From positions 32,001 through 96,000 of the forward strand of contig JAZDJN010000035.1 of assembly GCA_043803945.1 (NCBI GenBank): a DNA stretch of 64,000 bases, given 5' to 3'. Of the stretch, positions 48,395-57,247 are shown one piece after another. The position numbers and the translations under genes are program-made. Under the pieces are notes generated by a model. It was not told the origin of the DNA, ran no database searches, and worked only from the letters and a program-made list of their open reading frames with translations. Positions within the stretch are counted from its first letter, which is position 1, and every line of letters begins with the position of its first letter. The DNA comes from a bacterium. GTDB taxonomy: Bacteria; Bacteroidota; Ignavibacteria; UBA10030.

Positions 48395-50341
48395 TCAAAT
48401 AATAAGTATAGTCGTTGCCGATAATGCTATGCCTACATACTTATCGGTCGGATTAAGTGTGAGTGCTCCAGCGGCATCAAGATAGTATTGTCTGCCGATC
48501 GACAAACCCGAATGGATAGTAGACTGATGCCCTACAATCGCCATTCTCGCTACTGCATTTGTACTTCCTCCTTCCTGCATGATGCCAGCCATCAAAAACC
48601 GTTCCTCTTGCAGGGTGTAGTGTTTGTACGTGTTCGCAGCAAGCTGAATAGCAATGACCGTCCGATATGGTGAAAGCTCAATCATCGAGACGGGCATCGA
48701 ACTGCTAACCTGAAAACTGGTGCTTCGTTCTAATAACCACTCGCGATCTTTGATAACAGCCATACCATCAATGACAAATTCTCGGTAAATGACCGTGTAG
48801 TACGCACCTTCTTCGCCTGCTGCCGAATAGACCAAACCGATCTTGTTGTCTGTGAGACAACTTGCGTAGAAATATCCAACCGCTTCAACATCTGATACCG
48901 TGAACGGATACTCTTTCAAGATTGCATCTCCATTACTCGTAACAGTCAGCAGGAAGAGCGTTCGATTATATACATATGTCGTGTTCGTCCCGTTATAGTA
49001 CGATTTCCTTACAAGGCCGAACCAGCCAACTGTTGTCGAGTTGAGCTTCATCAAGTGCTCACGAGTGTAACTCCAATATGCGACACAAGAGTAATCTGCT
49101 TCATTGTAACTCCGATATTGCAGGAGTGTACAAGTTGTTCCACTCACACTTACTGACGAATACCACATGCCTTGACTACCGAACTTGCCTACCACAACAA
49201 ACAGCGATGAAGATAGGGCTACCATCTCAGTCTCGAGGAACTGGGCAGCTTCGTCGTTGACATCAATATTCATGGCGCTGCCGTAAGTGATGGTTGTACC
49301 AGAAACACTTGCGACCTTTGTGTAGTAGTCTTTATATGTGTTCTGCGTTCCATAGATTACTGCAAAGTGAGTTGAATCCAGCGCAATGAGATTAAGGCAT
49401 GTCTCACTATTCTCTGAATAGACGACAACCGTTGTCCCCATCGTAATTGTCGTACCTGAAACAGTGCAGACTCTCGAAGCAGGGTAGCCAGAAGTGTTTC
49501 TCCAGATTGCCACAAAAGAAGATGCATTCAATACTCCAAGCTTTATCTTGTTGGTGCTTGCATAGGCAGTGGCTTCAATAGTCACTGTAGTCCCAAGCGT
49601 AATCGTAGTTCCAGAAATCGAAACTGCGGTAGCGTATACAGCCGTAGTATCGGATTCCAGAATGATCACGAGCGTTGAAGTCAAGAATACTAAACCGAGT
49701 CCGTTCAGAGTTCGGGTCGATAGCTGTGCGGCCGTTCCGTATGTCAACGATGTTCCATTCAAGGTCCCAATCACTGTCTGCACACCTGACGTATTTTTGT
49801 AGACTGTGAAAAATGTCGTATCGGTCAATCGAACGATCTTCGTGTACGCTCCTGACGCATTGGCAAATGAGTTCGATACAGCAAATGTGGAGTTGACAGT
49901 CTTCATTGCTTTCGCAACACTGCTCACATTAGCAATCTTCACAATGTCACCCGCTACGAGTGTTTCACCGCATGTAACCTTAGCTCCACTGAGAAGGTAA
50001 GCGTCGATATCATCTATCATCTTCTTCGTCGGAGCGAGAATCATTCGATAGGTTTTTGCTGACGTGTTCTTCGTTGAAGCGCTCGTTCCTTCTTGAGCGC
50101 GCGTGATTGTCAACGTGTCTGTAGACCTTGCGGTGCACCTGACAATCTCTTTGTTCGGGTCGTCACTCGGATCAGCGTAATCGCTTGAGTTCCACCACAC
50201 AAGGTTAAAAGCACCCTCAGTGGCAGGCGCCGGTAACGAAGCGCCATGCCCTGATGATAATACAATCGACGTCGCTGCGGCGTCGTATCCCGTGGATACC
50301 GTTACCTTTGCGAAATTTTTAACCGGATCTAACAGCCCCAT
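48395..50341 (-). CDS. Fibre / receptor-binding-like protein with beta-propeller-type repeats
   Basis: N-terminal EIVRCTARSTDTLTITRAQEGT domain, repeated VSGTTIT.G blades, C-terminal GL..G..YY...G.L......VGIALS. Confidence 0.7.
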   Translation of the reverse strand: MGLLDPVKNFAKVTVSTGYDAAATSIVLSSGHGASLPAPATEGAFNLVWWNSSDYADPSDDPNKEIVRCTARSTDTLTITRAQEGTSASTKNTSAKTYRMILAPTKKMIDDIDAYLLSGAKVTCGETLVAGDIVKIANVSSVAKAMKTVNSTFAVSNSFANASGAYTKIVRLTDTTFFTVYKNTSGVQTVIGTLNGTSLTYGTAAQLSTRTLNGLGLVFLTSTLVIILESDTTAVYATAVSISGTTITLGTTVTIEATAYASTNKIKLGVLNASSFVAIWRNTSGYPASRVCTVSGTTITMGTTVVVYSENSETCLNLIALDSTHFAVIYGTQNTYKDYYTKVASVSGTTITYGSAMNIDVNDEAAQFLETEMVALSSSLFVVVGKFGSQGMWYSSVSVSGTTCTLLQYRSYNEADYSCVAYWSYTREHLMKLNSTTVGWFGLVRKSYYNGTNTTYVYNRTLFLLTVTSNGDAILKEYPFTVSDVEAVGYFYASCLTDNKIGLVYSAAGEEGAYYTVIYREFVIDGMAVIKDREWLLERSTSFQVSSSMPVSMIELSPYRTVIAIQLAANTYKHYTLQEERFLMAGIMQEGGSTNAVARMAIVGHQSTIHSGLSIGRQYYLDAAGALTLNPTDKYVGIALSATTILII

Positions 50342-50353
50342 TGACGTGCCTCC

Positions 50354-50848
50354 TTATTCAAGTGTGATTTTCGGTGTTAACAGAATCTGATCGCCCGTAT
50401 TCTGAATCACCTGACCGTTCGCAAACAACTCTGCCCACAGTAAGATCGTTGACGTTGTCTCAATGACGAGGTATCCATACACCGTCACTGCAGCCGCTGC
50501 AGTGAATGTCCACGTCTGCTGTGCGTAACTTGCCGTGGTAACACCTGCGGCACTCGCTATCGACCACGTTGCCCTTACCAGTGTTTTCGCGGCGTATCCA
50601 TGTGTCGACATCTCAGTAAAGTTTGCTGCAGTCGATGCCTCGACGGGCGTGTAGTTATTGACGTAAAGTTTCAATGTCTGGGTTTCAACTGTCGCCTTAC
50701 TCAGTGCCATCGTGAGCAACTGAACCTCACCAACGTCCGGGACCAGCAACGTCATGCCTCCAGGCATAAAGTTGAATGTCTTTACCAGATAGAACATTAC
50801 CGCCAAAAGCAGTAAAACTAGAAACGGATTAATTGCGACTGTAAACAT
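50354..50848 (-). CDS. Phage fibre-associated structural protein
   Basis: LKLY.N...P.......F.E....GYA...L....W......A.Y..Q..TF.....VYGY pattern. Confidence 0.7.
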   Translation of the reverse strand: MFTVAINPFLVLLLLAVMFYLVKTFNFMPGGMTLLVPDVGEVQLLTMALSKATVETQTLKLYVNNYTPVEASTAANFTEMSTHGYAAKTLVRATWSIASAAGVTTASYAQQTWTFTAAAAVTVYGYLVIETTSTILLWAELFANGQVIQNTGDQILLTPKITLE

Positions 50849-50937
50849 GTTTCATCTCCTTAAATTGGAATAATGGTTTTGTTTATTACTACACAAATCG
50901 ACGCGTTCATTTAATTGAACACCTCGGTTAAAAAAAA

Positions 50938-51156
50938 TCATACTATCCTATTACCTTCATACTCCAATCTCCTTTCAGCCTTCTTGGCGATAACTCGTCT
51001 CTTCGATCTGCTAATCATTTTCTTATAAAACTGGATCTCTGTATGACCACCGATTACTATTGTCTCACCGGTGAGACAAATTACCTTTGCGATAGCTAAC
51101 ATTGCACGGTTGCTTGTGACCACCCCACCAGTAGGAATCATTTCGAATGTCGCCAT
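50938..51156 (-). CDS. 72-aa protein resembling a miniature of the giant fibre
   Basis: PTGGVVTS / IVIGGHTE repeat units and basic RRVIAK tail; GAGG RBS. Confidence 0.6.
   Translation of the reverse strand: MATFEMIPTGGVVTSNRAMLAIAKVICLTGETIVIGGHTEIQFYKKMISRSKRRVIAKKAERRLEYEGNRIV
51060..51079. promoter_or_regulatory. Dispersed perfect 20-bp palindrome TTGTCTCACCGGTGAGACAA (parS-like)
   Basis: Contains the exact 16-mer at 51062-51077. Confidence 0.7.
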
Positions 51157-51170
51157 CCTCTTCCTGCGAA

Positions 51171-51590
51171 TTAGTTTAATCCGATCGTCATTCCATTGAT
51201 TGGAATGCTTGGCGTATCCCCTGCTGAGATCGGCTTCACAATTTCAAGCTCACCAAAAGTGACAATCGTGCCACCGACAGGAGCATCAGTGATAGCCCAA
51301 TGCGTTATTACCGCTGAGCCAGCAGTGCATTGACCGAATGTAAACACAACGGCGTTCTTCTTGAAGTCTATAGCTGCAGGGAAGTTTTGGATAGTGTTTG
51401 CAACCTTCAGTCTAATGTATCCGGTGTAATCTGGTTCTTTCGCCAGGATCGTCGTTCCTGTGTCTAATTTGTTGATCGCTGCGATCAACAAACAGATATA
51501 CAAATACTCTGGGCGCACATAATTCGGACCACCGAAGATGTGGTCGAGAATCAATTTCTCGGTAATTTTACTGAACCCCTGATTATTCAT
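51171..51590 (-). CDS. Phage fibre-associated structural protein
   Basis: FS...E..ILDHIF.....LY..L.....GY.R......N...FTF......ITH.AI.DA..GG....G.L...K.I..GD pattern. Confidence 0.75.
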   Translation of the reverse strand: MNNQGFSKITEKLILDHIFGGPNYVRPEYLYICLLIAAINKLDTGTTILAKEPDYTGYIRLKVANTIQNFPAAIDFKKNAVVFTFGQCTAGSAVITHWAITDAPVGGTIVTFGELEIVKPISAGDTPSIPINGMTIGLN

Positions 51591-51592
51591 GT

Positions 51593-52990
51593 TTACTTCT
51601 CTCTACGCTGATTCTTTGTCATAACTCTTTGCCCTGGAGCCATCTGGTCAGGTGGTTCCGCATACTTCAACTCTTCCTTAAAACTGATGCCGTAGTCTTT
51701 CAGGTCGTATGTTAATACTCCAATGATCTGTTCCAACACGACTTGCTTGTTTTCTACTACACTCATCAGCTTGTTCAACTGCTCAATCACTTTAATTGTC
51801 GTGTCGATCTTTGTCTGAGTAGTATCAGATTGGAATGAGCCACCGACGAGTTCATACTCAACATTCTCCGGCAGCACTCCATATTTCTTCACCTGGAGCA
51901 ACACCTGGATATCACAGGCCCGTCTCAGAACTGAATGAGCTTTCGCCTGGAGCCTGTTCATCAATCTGTAGTATGAATCAACAGACAGACTCGCCATATC
52001 CTTAATGACAAGGTTGCCCTTGAATCCCATTACCTCTTTCGATACTCCGGTAGACAAAAAGATCAACTCAAGAATAAATTCAATCACCGTAGTACTGTCT
52101 GCAGCCTGGTCCCCATGTAAACGATCAATCGTAAGATCACCCTTCGAATATATCTGACGCACTAGGGATTTGCTGTTCGGTGTCAAGTCGGCAGCGTTGT
52201 TATCTTTGAACATGGCTACGTCTTTCCAATCCTTTGCCTCTTTCAACGCGAACACTTCTATCTCACCGCCAGAGCGCATCCATTTTTGAACTGCACCACT
52301 GAGCATGTCACCAACACCTGATAACATCTTTCGGCTAGCCAGCAGGTAAGGAACACCACGTGAATGAAATGCTGACTCTTTCCAATTCACTTCTGCTATT
52401 TGCCACTTGGCGAACGTTGCAATCTCTTCTTTGGTGAGAACATCAAATTGATAATACGCTTCCTCTGGATTCAGAAATCTCCCATTCATTGTCAACGGCT
52501 CAATCGAATAGTGAGGTCGATACTCAAGACCGCGAACAATGCCGGTTTTATCGGCAATCAATTCCATTGTCAGCCCACCTTCGTTGAGCAGGTTGCGAAG
52601 ATTCTCGTCCTTATAACTGTTCCACTCAACACTCGAAATCATCTTGTTTAAATCTTTCTCGAGTTTGTCACGCATCGGATGATCTTCCGAACCGTCAACC
52701 TTATCGACCTTCACATATGTCTCTGCATCTGATACCGGACCAACAACCTTATCCATGATCCCAGAGAAAATTGGATTGGCCTCTGACAGTTTCTTGCAAT
52801 CCATTACCCCTGTGAGGTAGTCTGGCGCTAATCCGAAAATATCGAACGCTCTCATTAGCTGATTCGTCGAACTGTCAAAACGCCGACCAACCGTCGTAAG
52901 GTTTTCTTCGATCTCCGGTGTCCCAGATTTCCCGAACATTGTGCTGATGGCTTTAACTGCATTGTTAACTCGTTCCTTAATTGTCGCCAT
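51593..52990 (-). CDS. Probable phage portal protein
   Basis: 465 aa, helical, G.PYL motif, GVSKEVMG; adjacent to terminase once island 3 is removed. Confidence 0.7.
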   Translation of the reverse strand: MATIKERVNNAVKAISTMFGKSGTPEIEENLTTVGRRFDSSTNQLMRAFDIFGLAPDYLTGVMDCKKLSEANPIFSGIMDKVVGPVSDAETYVKVDKVDGSEDHPMRDKLEKDLNKMISSVEWNSYKDENLRNLLNEGGLTMELIADKTGIVRGLEYRPHYSIEPLTMNGRFLNPEEAYYQFDVLTKEEIATFAKWQIAEVNWKESAFHSRGVPYLLASRKMLSGVGDMLSGAVQKWMRSGGEIEVFALKEAKDWKDVAMFKDNNAADLTPNSKSLVRQIYSKGDLTIDRLHGDQAADSTTVIEFILELIFLSTGVSKEVMGFKGNLVIKDMASLSVDSYYRLMNRLQAKAHSVLRRACDIQVLLQVKKYGVLPENVEYELVGGSFQSDTTQTKIDTTIKVIEQLNKLMSVVENKQVVLEQIIGVLTYDLKDYGISFKEELKYAEPPDQMAPGQRVMTKNQRREK

Positions 52991-53520
52991 CGAGAGGTCT
53001 CCATTAATTATGCTAAACCGTACTCTATATCGTTCAATAAGCTATACTTCTAAAACAAAAAAATGATGCACGATACCGCCTCCTCAACTTACGTCGAGTA
53101 TACTATATTTATCTGCTACACGTTCATTATACTAAACATCTCAATTAAAAAAAATGACTCAACTAAAACAAGCCAATTCTTTCTACTCTTGCATCACCAT
53201 TTCTGAAGTCTTTTAATGAGATATTGTTCCATCGCAGACTGATCTACAACAACTTCAATCCCAACCAACCTTCCTACTTACGTCATGCAATGACAATAGG
53301 TAACTTCTGCTTGTCGAAAGTAGCTTAATTTCTAACAAATTCCAAACAGTAGTATTGTGATGTTATACATTAAATTCTTCTCATGATTTTCACCTGGTGT
53401 TGCTATACTGACAGATGCGAAACGGAAATCTTAATTGTTGCTGAAGTTAAATAGTAATTGACGTTAATCAGTGGGGAATCATCTGACCCTGAAGGCCATT
53501 AACATAGGGAATTGTGGTGG

Positions 53521-53850
53521 TGCCGAGGCTACGATATTCCCCCAGGTGGGCCAAAAGTATTCCCCCACCTGATGCAGTAGTAGCGCAAGTATAACGAGAC
53601 CTTAAGCGTTTGTCAAGGGGGACGAACGCAGGTCGGAACAAGGTCTTTAAGATGTAGATGAGTCAGCTTAGTCGCTGTGGTAAGTTTTAACATGCAGCTT
53701 CTTTCTATATGATTGTCCTTTGATAATGATTTGGTGACTCGTGTGAGCAAGCCGATCAAGAATGGCATTGGCAATCAGGGGATCCGGAAACAGGCCGGGC
53801 CAATCGGTCATAGCACGATTCGAAGTGAGAATAATACTTTTTGAACGGAA
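53521..53850 (-). mobile_element. istB: IS21-family remnant: right end and istB C-terminal fragment
   Basis: SIILTSNR...W...F.DP..A.AILDRL.H....I.I.G.SYR; TG end with two ATTCCCCCA repeats. Confidence 0.85.
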
Positions 53851-54056
53851 GCGCCCATCGACTGTCGCATTACATTGTCGAGAGTAACTTCCTGCTGACA
53901 TTGTTTCGTTAGCTACAAGAGCTGCGATTTCTATTGAAATCTCAAAATTGGATTGGAGATCACTTCCTCAATAGAATAAGAATAAAGAAAGAGGATTTTC
54001 ATCTAAATCGATCAAGGAATAAATTTATATCCATTTAATTGATCTCTATGCTAAAT

Positions 54057-55229
54057 TGCAATAGTTAGGATTTAATCTGACAGATAATTATCTTCAACGT
54101 TATTTTCACGAAAGGTTCTGTCAGATGACAACGGATCAGAAAATCATTAAGAATAAACTCGGACTCCTGAAGCTTGCACAAACCTTGGGCAATGTTTCAG
54201 AAGCATGCAAGATCATCGGGTATTCCCGCGATAGTTTCTATCGATTCAAAGAGCTTTATGAGACCGGAGGAGAACTTGCCCTCCAGGAGATCTCTCGAAG
54301 GAAACCGAACCTCAAGAATCGAGTCGATGAAGCTATCGAACAGGCTGTTATTGCTTTTGCCTTTGATAAACCAGCCTATGGCCAGCTTCGTGTTTCCAAT
54401 GAGTTGAAGAAGCAAGCCTTGAGCGTCTCAGCAGGAACCGTGAGGACGATCTGGGTTCGACATAATCTCGAAACGTTCAAGAAGCGGCTCAATGCTCTCC
54501 AGGCCAAGATGGCCCAAGAGAACTGTATTCTCACCGAGGACCAACTCAAAGCCCTTGAGAAGGCCAAAGATGAGAAAGAAGCCCACGGCGAAATAGAAAC
54601 AGAGCATCCTGGATACCTTGGTGCACAAGATACATACTATGTTGGTACCATCAAGGGCATTGGTCGTATTTATCAGCAAACCTTTATCGACACATATGCC
54701 AAAGTCGCTCAGGTGAAACTCTATGACCGAAAGAATGCCCTTGTAGCGGCTGATCTCTTGAATGACAAAGTGTTACCGTTCTTCGAAGAATACGGTGTGC
54801 GTCTGTTACGTATGCTCACTGACCGAGGAACGGAATATTGTGGATCTCGTGAACATCACGAATATCAGCTCTACCTTGCCGTAGAGGATATTGATCATAG
54901 CAAAATCAAGGCTCGGCATCCACAATCTAATGGAATCTGTGAACGCTTCCATAAAACGATCCAGGACGAGTTTTACCAAACAGCATTCAGGAAAAAGGTA
55001 TATACGTCGTTGGATGAGCTGCAACAGGATGTTGATGCTTGGATCAACGAATATAACACTGAACGAACTCATTCAGGAAAATATTGCTTTGGTAAAACTC
55101 CCATGCAAACGTTTCTTGATTCTATTCACTTGGCAAAGAACAAAATGCTTGATACTTTAATCGACACGCAATCAGAACTGACACGTGTCGCATAAATCAC
55201 AACTGTCAGATATTATTCTAACATGTACA
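54057..55229 (+). mobile_element. Complete IS481-family insertion sequence
   Basis: 27-bp imperfect IRs ending in ATCTGACAG; flanking direct repeat GCTAAAT at 54050-54056 and 55230-55236. Confidence 0.92.
54125..55195 (+). CDS. IS481-family DDE transposase
   Basis: LGNVSEAC...G.SRD.FYR HTH; QDT, LTDRGTEY, NGICERFHKT. Confidence 0.95.
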   Translation: MTTDQKIIKNKLGLLKLAQTLGNVSEACKIIGYSRDSFYRFKELYETGGELALQEISRRKPNLKNRVDEAIEQAVIAFAFDKPAYGQLRVSNELKKQALSVSAGTVRTIWVRHNLETFKKRLNALQAKMAQENCILTEDQLKALEKAKDEKEAHGEIETEHPGYLGAQDTYYVGTIKGIGRIYQQTFIDTYAKVAQVKLYDRKNALVAADLLNDKVLPFFEEYGVRLLRMLTDRGTEYCGSREHHEYQLYLAVEDIDHSKIKARHPQSNGICERFHKTIQDEFYQTAFRKKVYTSLDELQQDVDAWINEYNTERTHSGKYCFGKTPMQTFLDSIHLAKNKMLDTLIDTQSELTRVA

Positions 55230-55278
55230 GCTAAATACACACACTCTCTCTGTATATATATAGAAACCATCTTATTGA

Positions 55279-56451
55279 CTATACCCCTTTAAGGATACTT
55301 TCAACAGCCCCCTTGAAATTGCTCTTAGGATATTTACTCAACAGCATTCTGAACTTTTCTGCGGCGAGATCTTTTTTACCATCTCCTAAATAGGACTGAC
55401 CTACAAAGAAGAGTATGCCATCTTTATTGGGATAGTCTGGGTAGATCCTTTCCAATTTGGCGAACTGATCGATTGCATCACCATATTTCTTCAGCTCAAA
55501 AAGGCATACCCCCAGTCGGTATCCGGCAATAGATGAATAGGATTCAGAAGGATACAACGATAATAATGTCTTTAGCTCTTCAATAGCTTTTTCCCTTTCT
55601 CCTAATTGAAGATAAGTAGATGCTAGTTCATACTGGGCTTTTACTCTCTGATCGCTCGTAGCTGTTTTTGATAAGGCTAATTGGTAATTCTGAATTGCTT
55701 TCGTTAACCTTTCCTTGATTAGCACAAACACCTTATTGTGTTCTTTCTTATCCATTTTGAAATCAGTTGCCTTGAAATGAGTATAATAACGTCCCAATTC
55801 AACATATGTATCTGCAAGTAACTCGCTTGAAGGATTGTTACGGACAAATTGTTCAAGATGAGAAATTCCCTCATCGTACCTACTCAATTGTCCATATGCT
55901 TTTCCAGTGAGAAAATAGGATTTCTCTCTCAAATCAGATTTCGACGATTTTTGAGAAATGATGGCATATTGATTTATTGCTTCCTGATACTTCCCTAATT
56001 GGTAGTATGAATGACAGATGATTTCTTTTGTATCGTCGACATATTTGCTTCCAGGATTATTTACGATGAATTTTTGAGCCTCATCCAAAGCATTTTGATC
56101 CTGGCGCAGAGCCGAGTACGATCGCATCAGGTATACTTGAGCCTCGTCCCCTTTCTGATGCTTGTTGTACGTCGAGAGAAATACTTTATATTCGTTGACT
56201 GCTTGACTATAGACACGCTCATCGTAAAAGAGCATGGCAATCGAGATCTGTGTTTCAGCCGCTGCAGGAGTACCTAATTGCTTTTTCAACTGCTGCCTTA
56301 AGGGTTCAATCTTTGCTTCATCAATTTTCGGTTCGATGAATACAAGAACCTTATTTCCAACTTTGGCAGTCGGAAAGGTTGGCACATCCTGCGATACCGA
56401 TAACGACACAAAGACGATGGATAGGCTGAGTATAAGTATTATGTTCTTCAT
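55279..56451 (-). CDS. Secreted TPR protein (BamD/YfiO/CpoB-like repeats)
   Basis: Signal peptide; repeated A...Y....YP.S TPR units. Confidence 0.85.
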   Translation of the reverse strand: MKNIILILSLSIVFVSLSVSQDVPTFPTAKVGNKVLVFIEPKIDEAKIEPLRQQLKKQLGTPAAAETQISIAMLFYDERVYSQAVNEYKVFLSTYNKHQKGDEAQVYLMRSYSALRQDQNALDEAQKFIVNNPGSKYVDDTKEIICHSYYQLGKYQEAINQYAIISQKSSKSDLREKSYFLTGKAYGQLSRYDEGISHLEQFVRNNPSSELLADTYVELGRYYTHFKATDFKMDKKEHNKVFVLIKERLTKAIQNYQLALSKTATSDQRVKAQYELASTYLQLGEREKAIEELKTLLSLYPSESYSSIAGYRLGVCLFELKKYGDAIDQFAKLERIYPDYPNKDGILFFVGQSYLGDGKKDLAAEKFRMLLSKYPKSNFKGAVESILKGV

Positions 56452-56467
56452 TTCATTTTCCTCCGCG

Positions 56468-57214
56468 TTACTTCGTCAATAACATTTTTTTTGAACTCTT
56501 GTACTTACTTGTGATAAGATGGCAGATGTATATCCCCGTCGGCATTTGTTGCCCGAGTAGATTTCTTCCATTCCATGCTACTCGATGAAAGCCGGCCCGG
56601 TACTCACTATTCACAAGTGTCTTTGCTTCCCTTCCCAGCAGATCGAAGACTCTTAAAGTTACCAGACCAGGCTCAGGCAGATCGAATTGGATAATAGTTG
56701 AAGGATTGAACGGATTGGGGTAGTTTTGTGCTAGAGCATATTTTGTTGGTATCGCTACCGATTGATCAGCTTCTTCAATCTGATCTTCAATCACTGATTC
56801 ACCATCTTTTGAGAGTGATGTCTGTAATCCACTACCGGGTGATGCAAGATATATATTGAACTTTCCAATGATTGAATTAGACGAAATGAGCTCCAATGTT
56901 GCGTTGGTACTATGGACATCATTGAGAACATTAAATGGAAGTACCAATGAGGAGTTAGAGGCTCTTCCATAAGAATAGTTACCACGATACTCTGATACTA
57001 TGGAGGTTGCATCGCCTCCAGGCACTAGCCAGGATGGATTACTCTTACCAAAACGCAACTTGAGATCTGAATAAGATGCCCTAGAAAGGTTCAGAATCTG
57101 AATTGTAATCTTGTTTTCACCTTTTGAAGTATTCACCGAAGCCTGAGAAAATGAGACAAAAGGAACTGAGATTAATACGAGTAAGACTATAAATATTAGC
57201 TCTTTCATTGTCAT
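56468..57214 (-). CDS. Secreted protein with T9SS type A / FlgD-Ig C-terminal domain
   Basis: Signal peptide; LAQNYPNPFNPST.I.F...FDLLGRE...WNG...GIY...KKMLL.K. Confidence 0.85.
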   Translation of the reverse strand: MTMKELIFIVLLVLISVPFVSFSQASVNTSKGENKITIQILNLSRASYSDLKLRFGKSNPSWLVPGGDATSIVSEYRGNYSYGRASNSSLVLPFNVLNDVHSTNATLELISSNSIIGKFNIYLASPGSGLQTSLSKDGESVIEDQIEEADQSVAIPTKYALAQNYPNPFNPSTIIQFDLPEPGLVTLRVFDLLGREAKTLVNSEYRAGFHRVAWNGRNLLGQQMPTGIYICHLITSKYKSSKKMLLTK

Positions 57215-57247
57215 CTCCAGATAGTAGTTTCTTTGAATGAATTACCA

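Noticed and set aside
34843-50341. Diversity-generating retroelement acting on fibre genes
   Set aside because: No reverse transcriptase in the window and no repeat pair differing only at adenines was seen.
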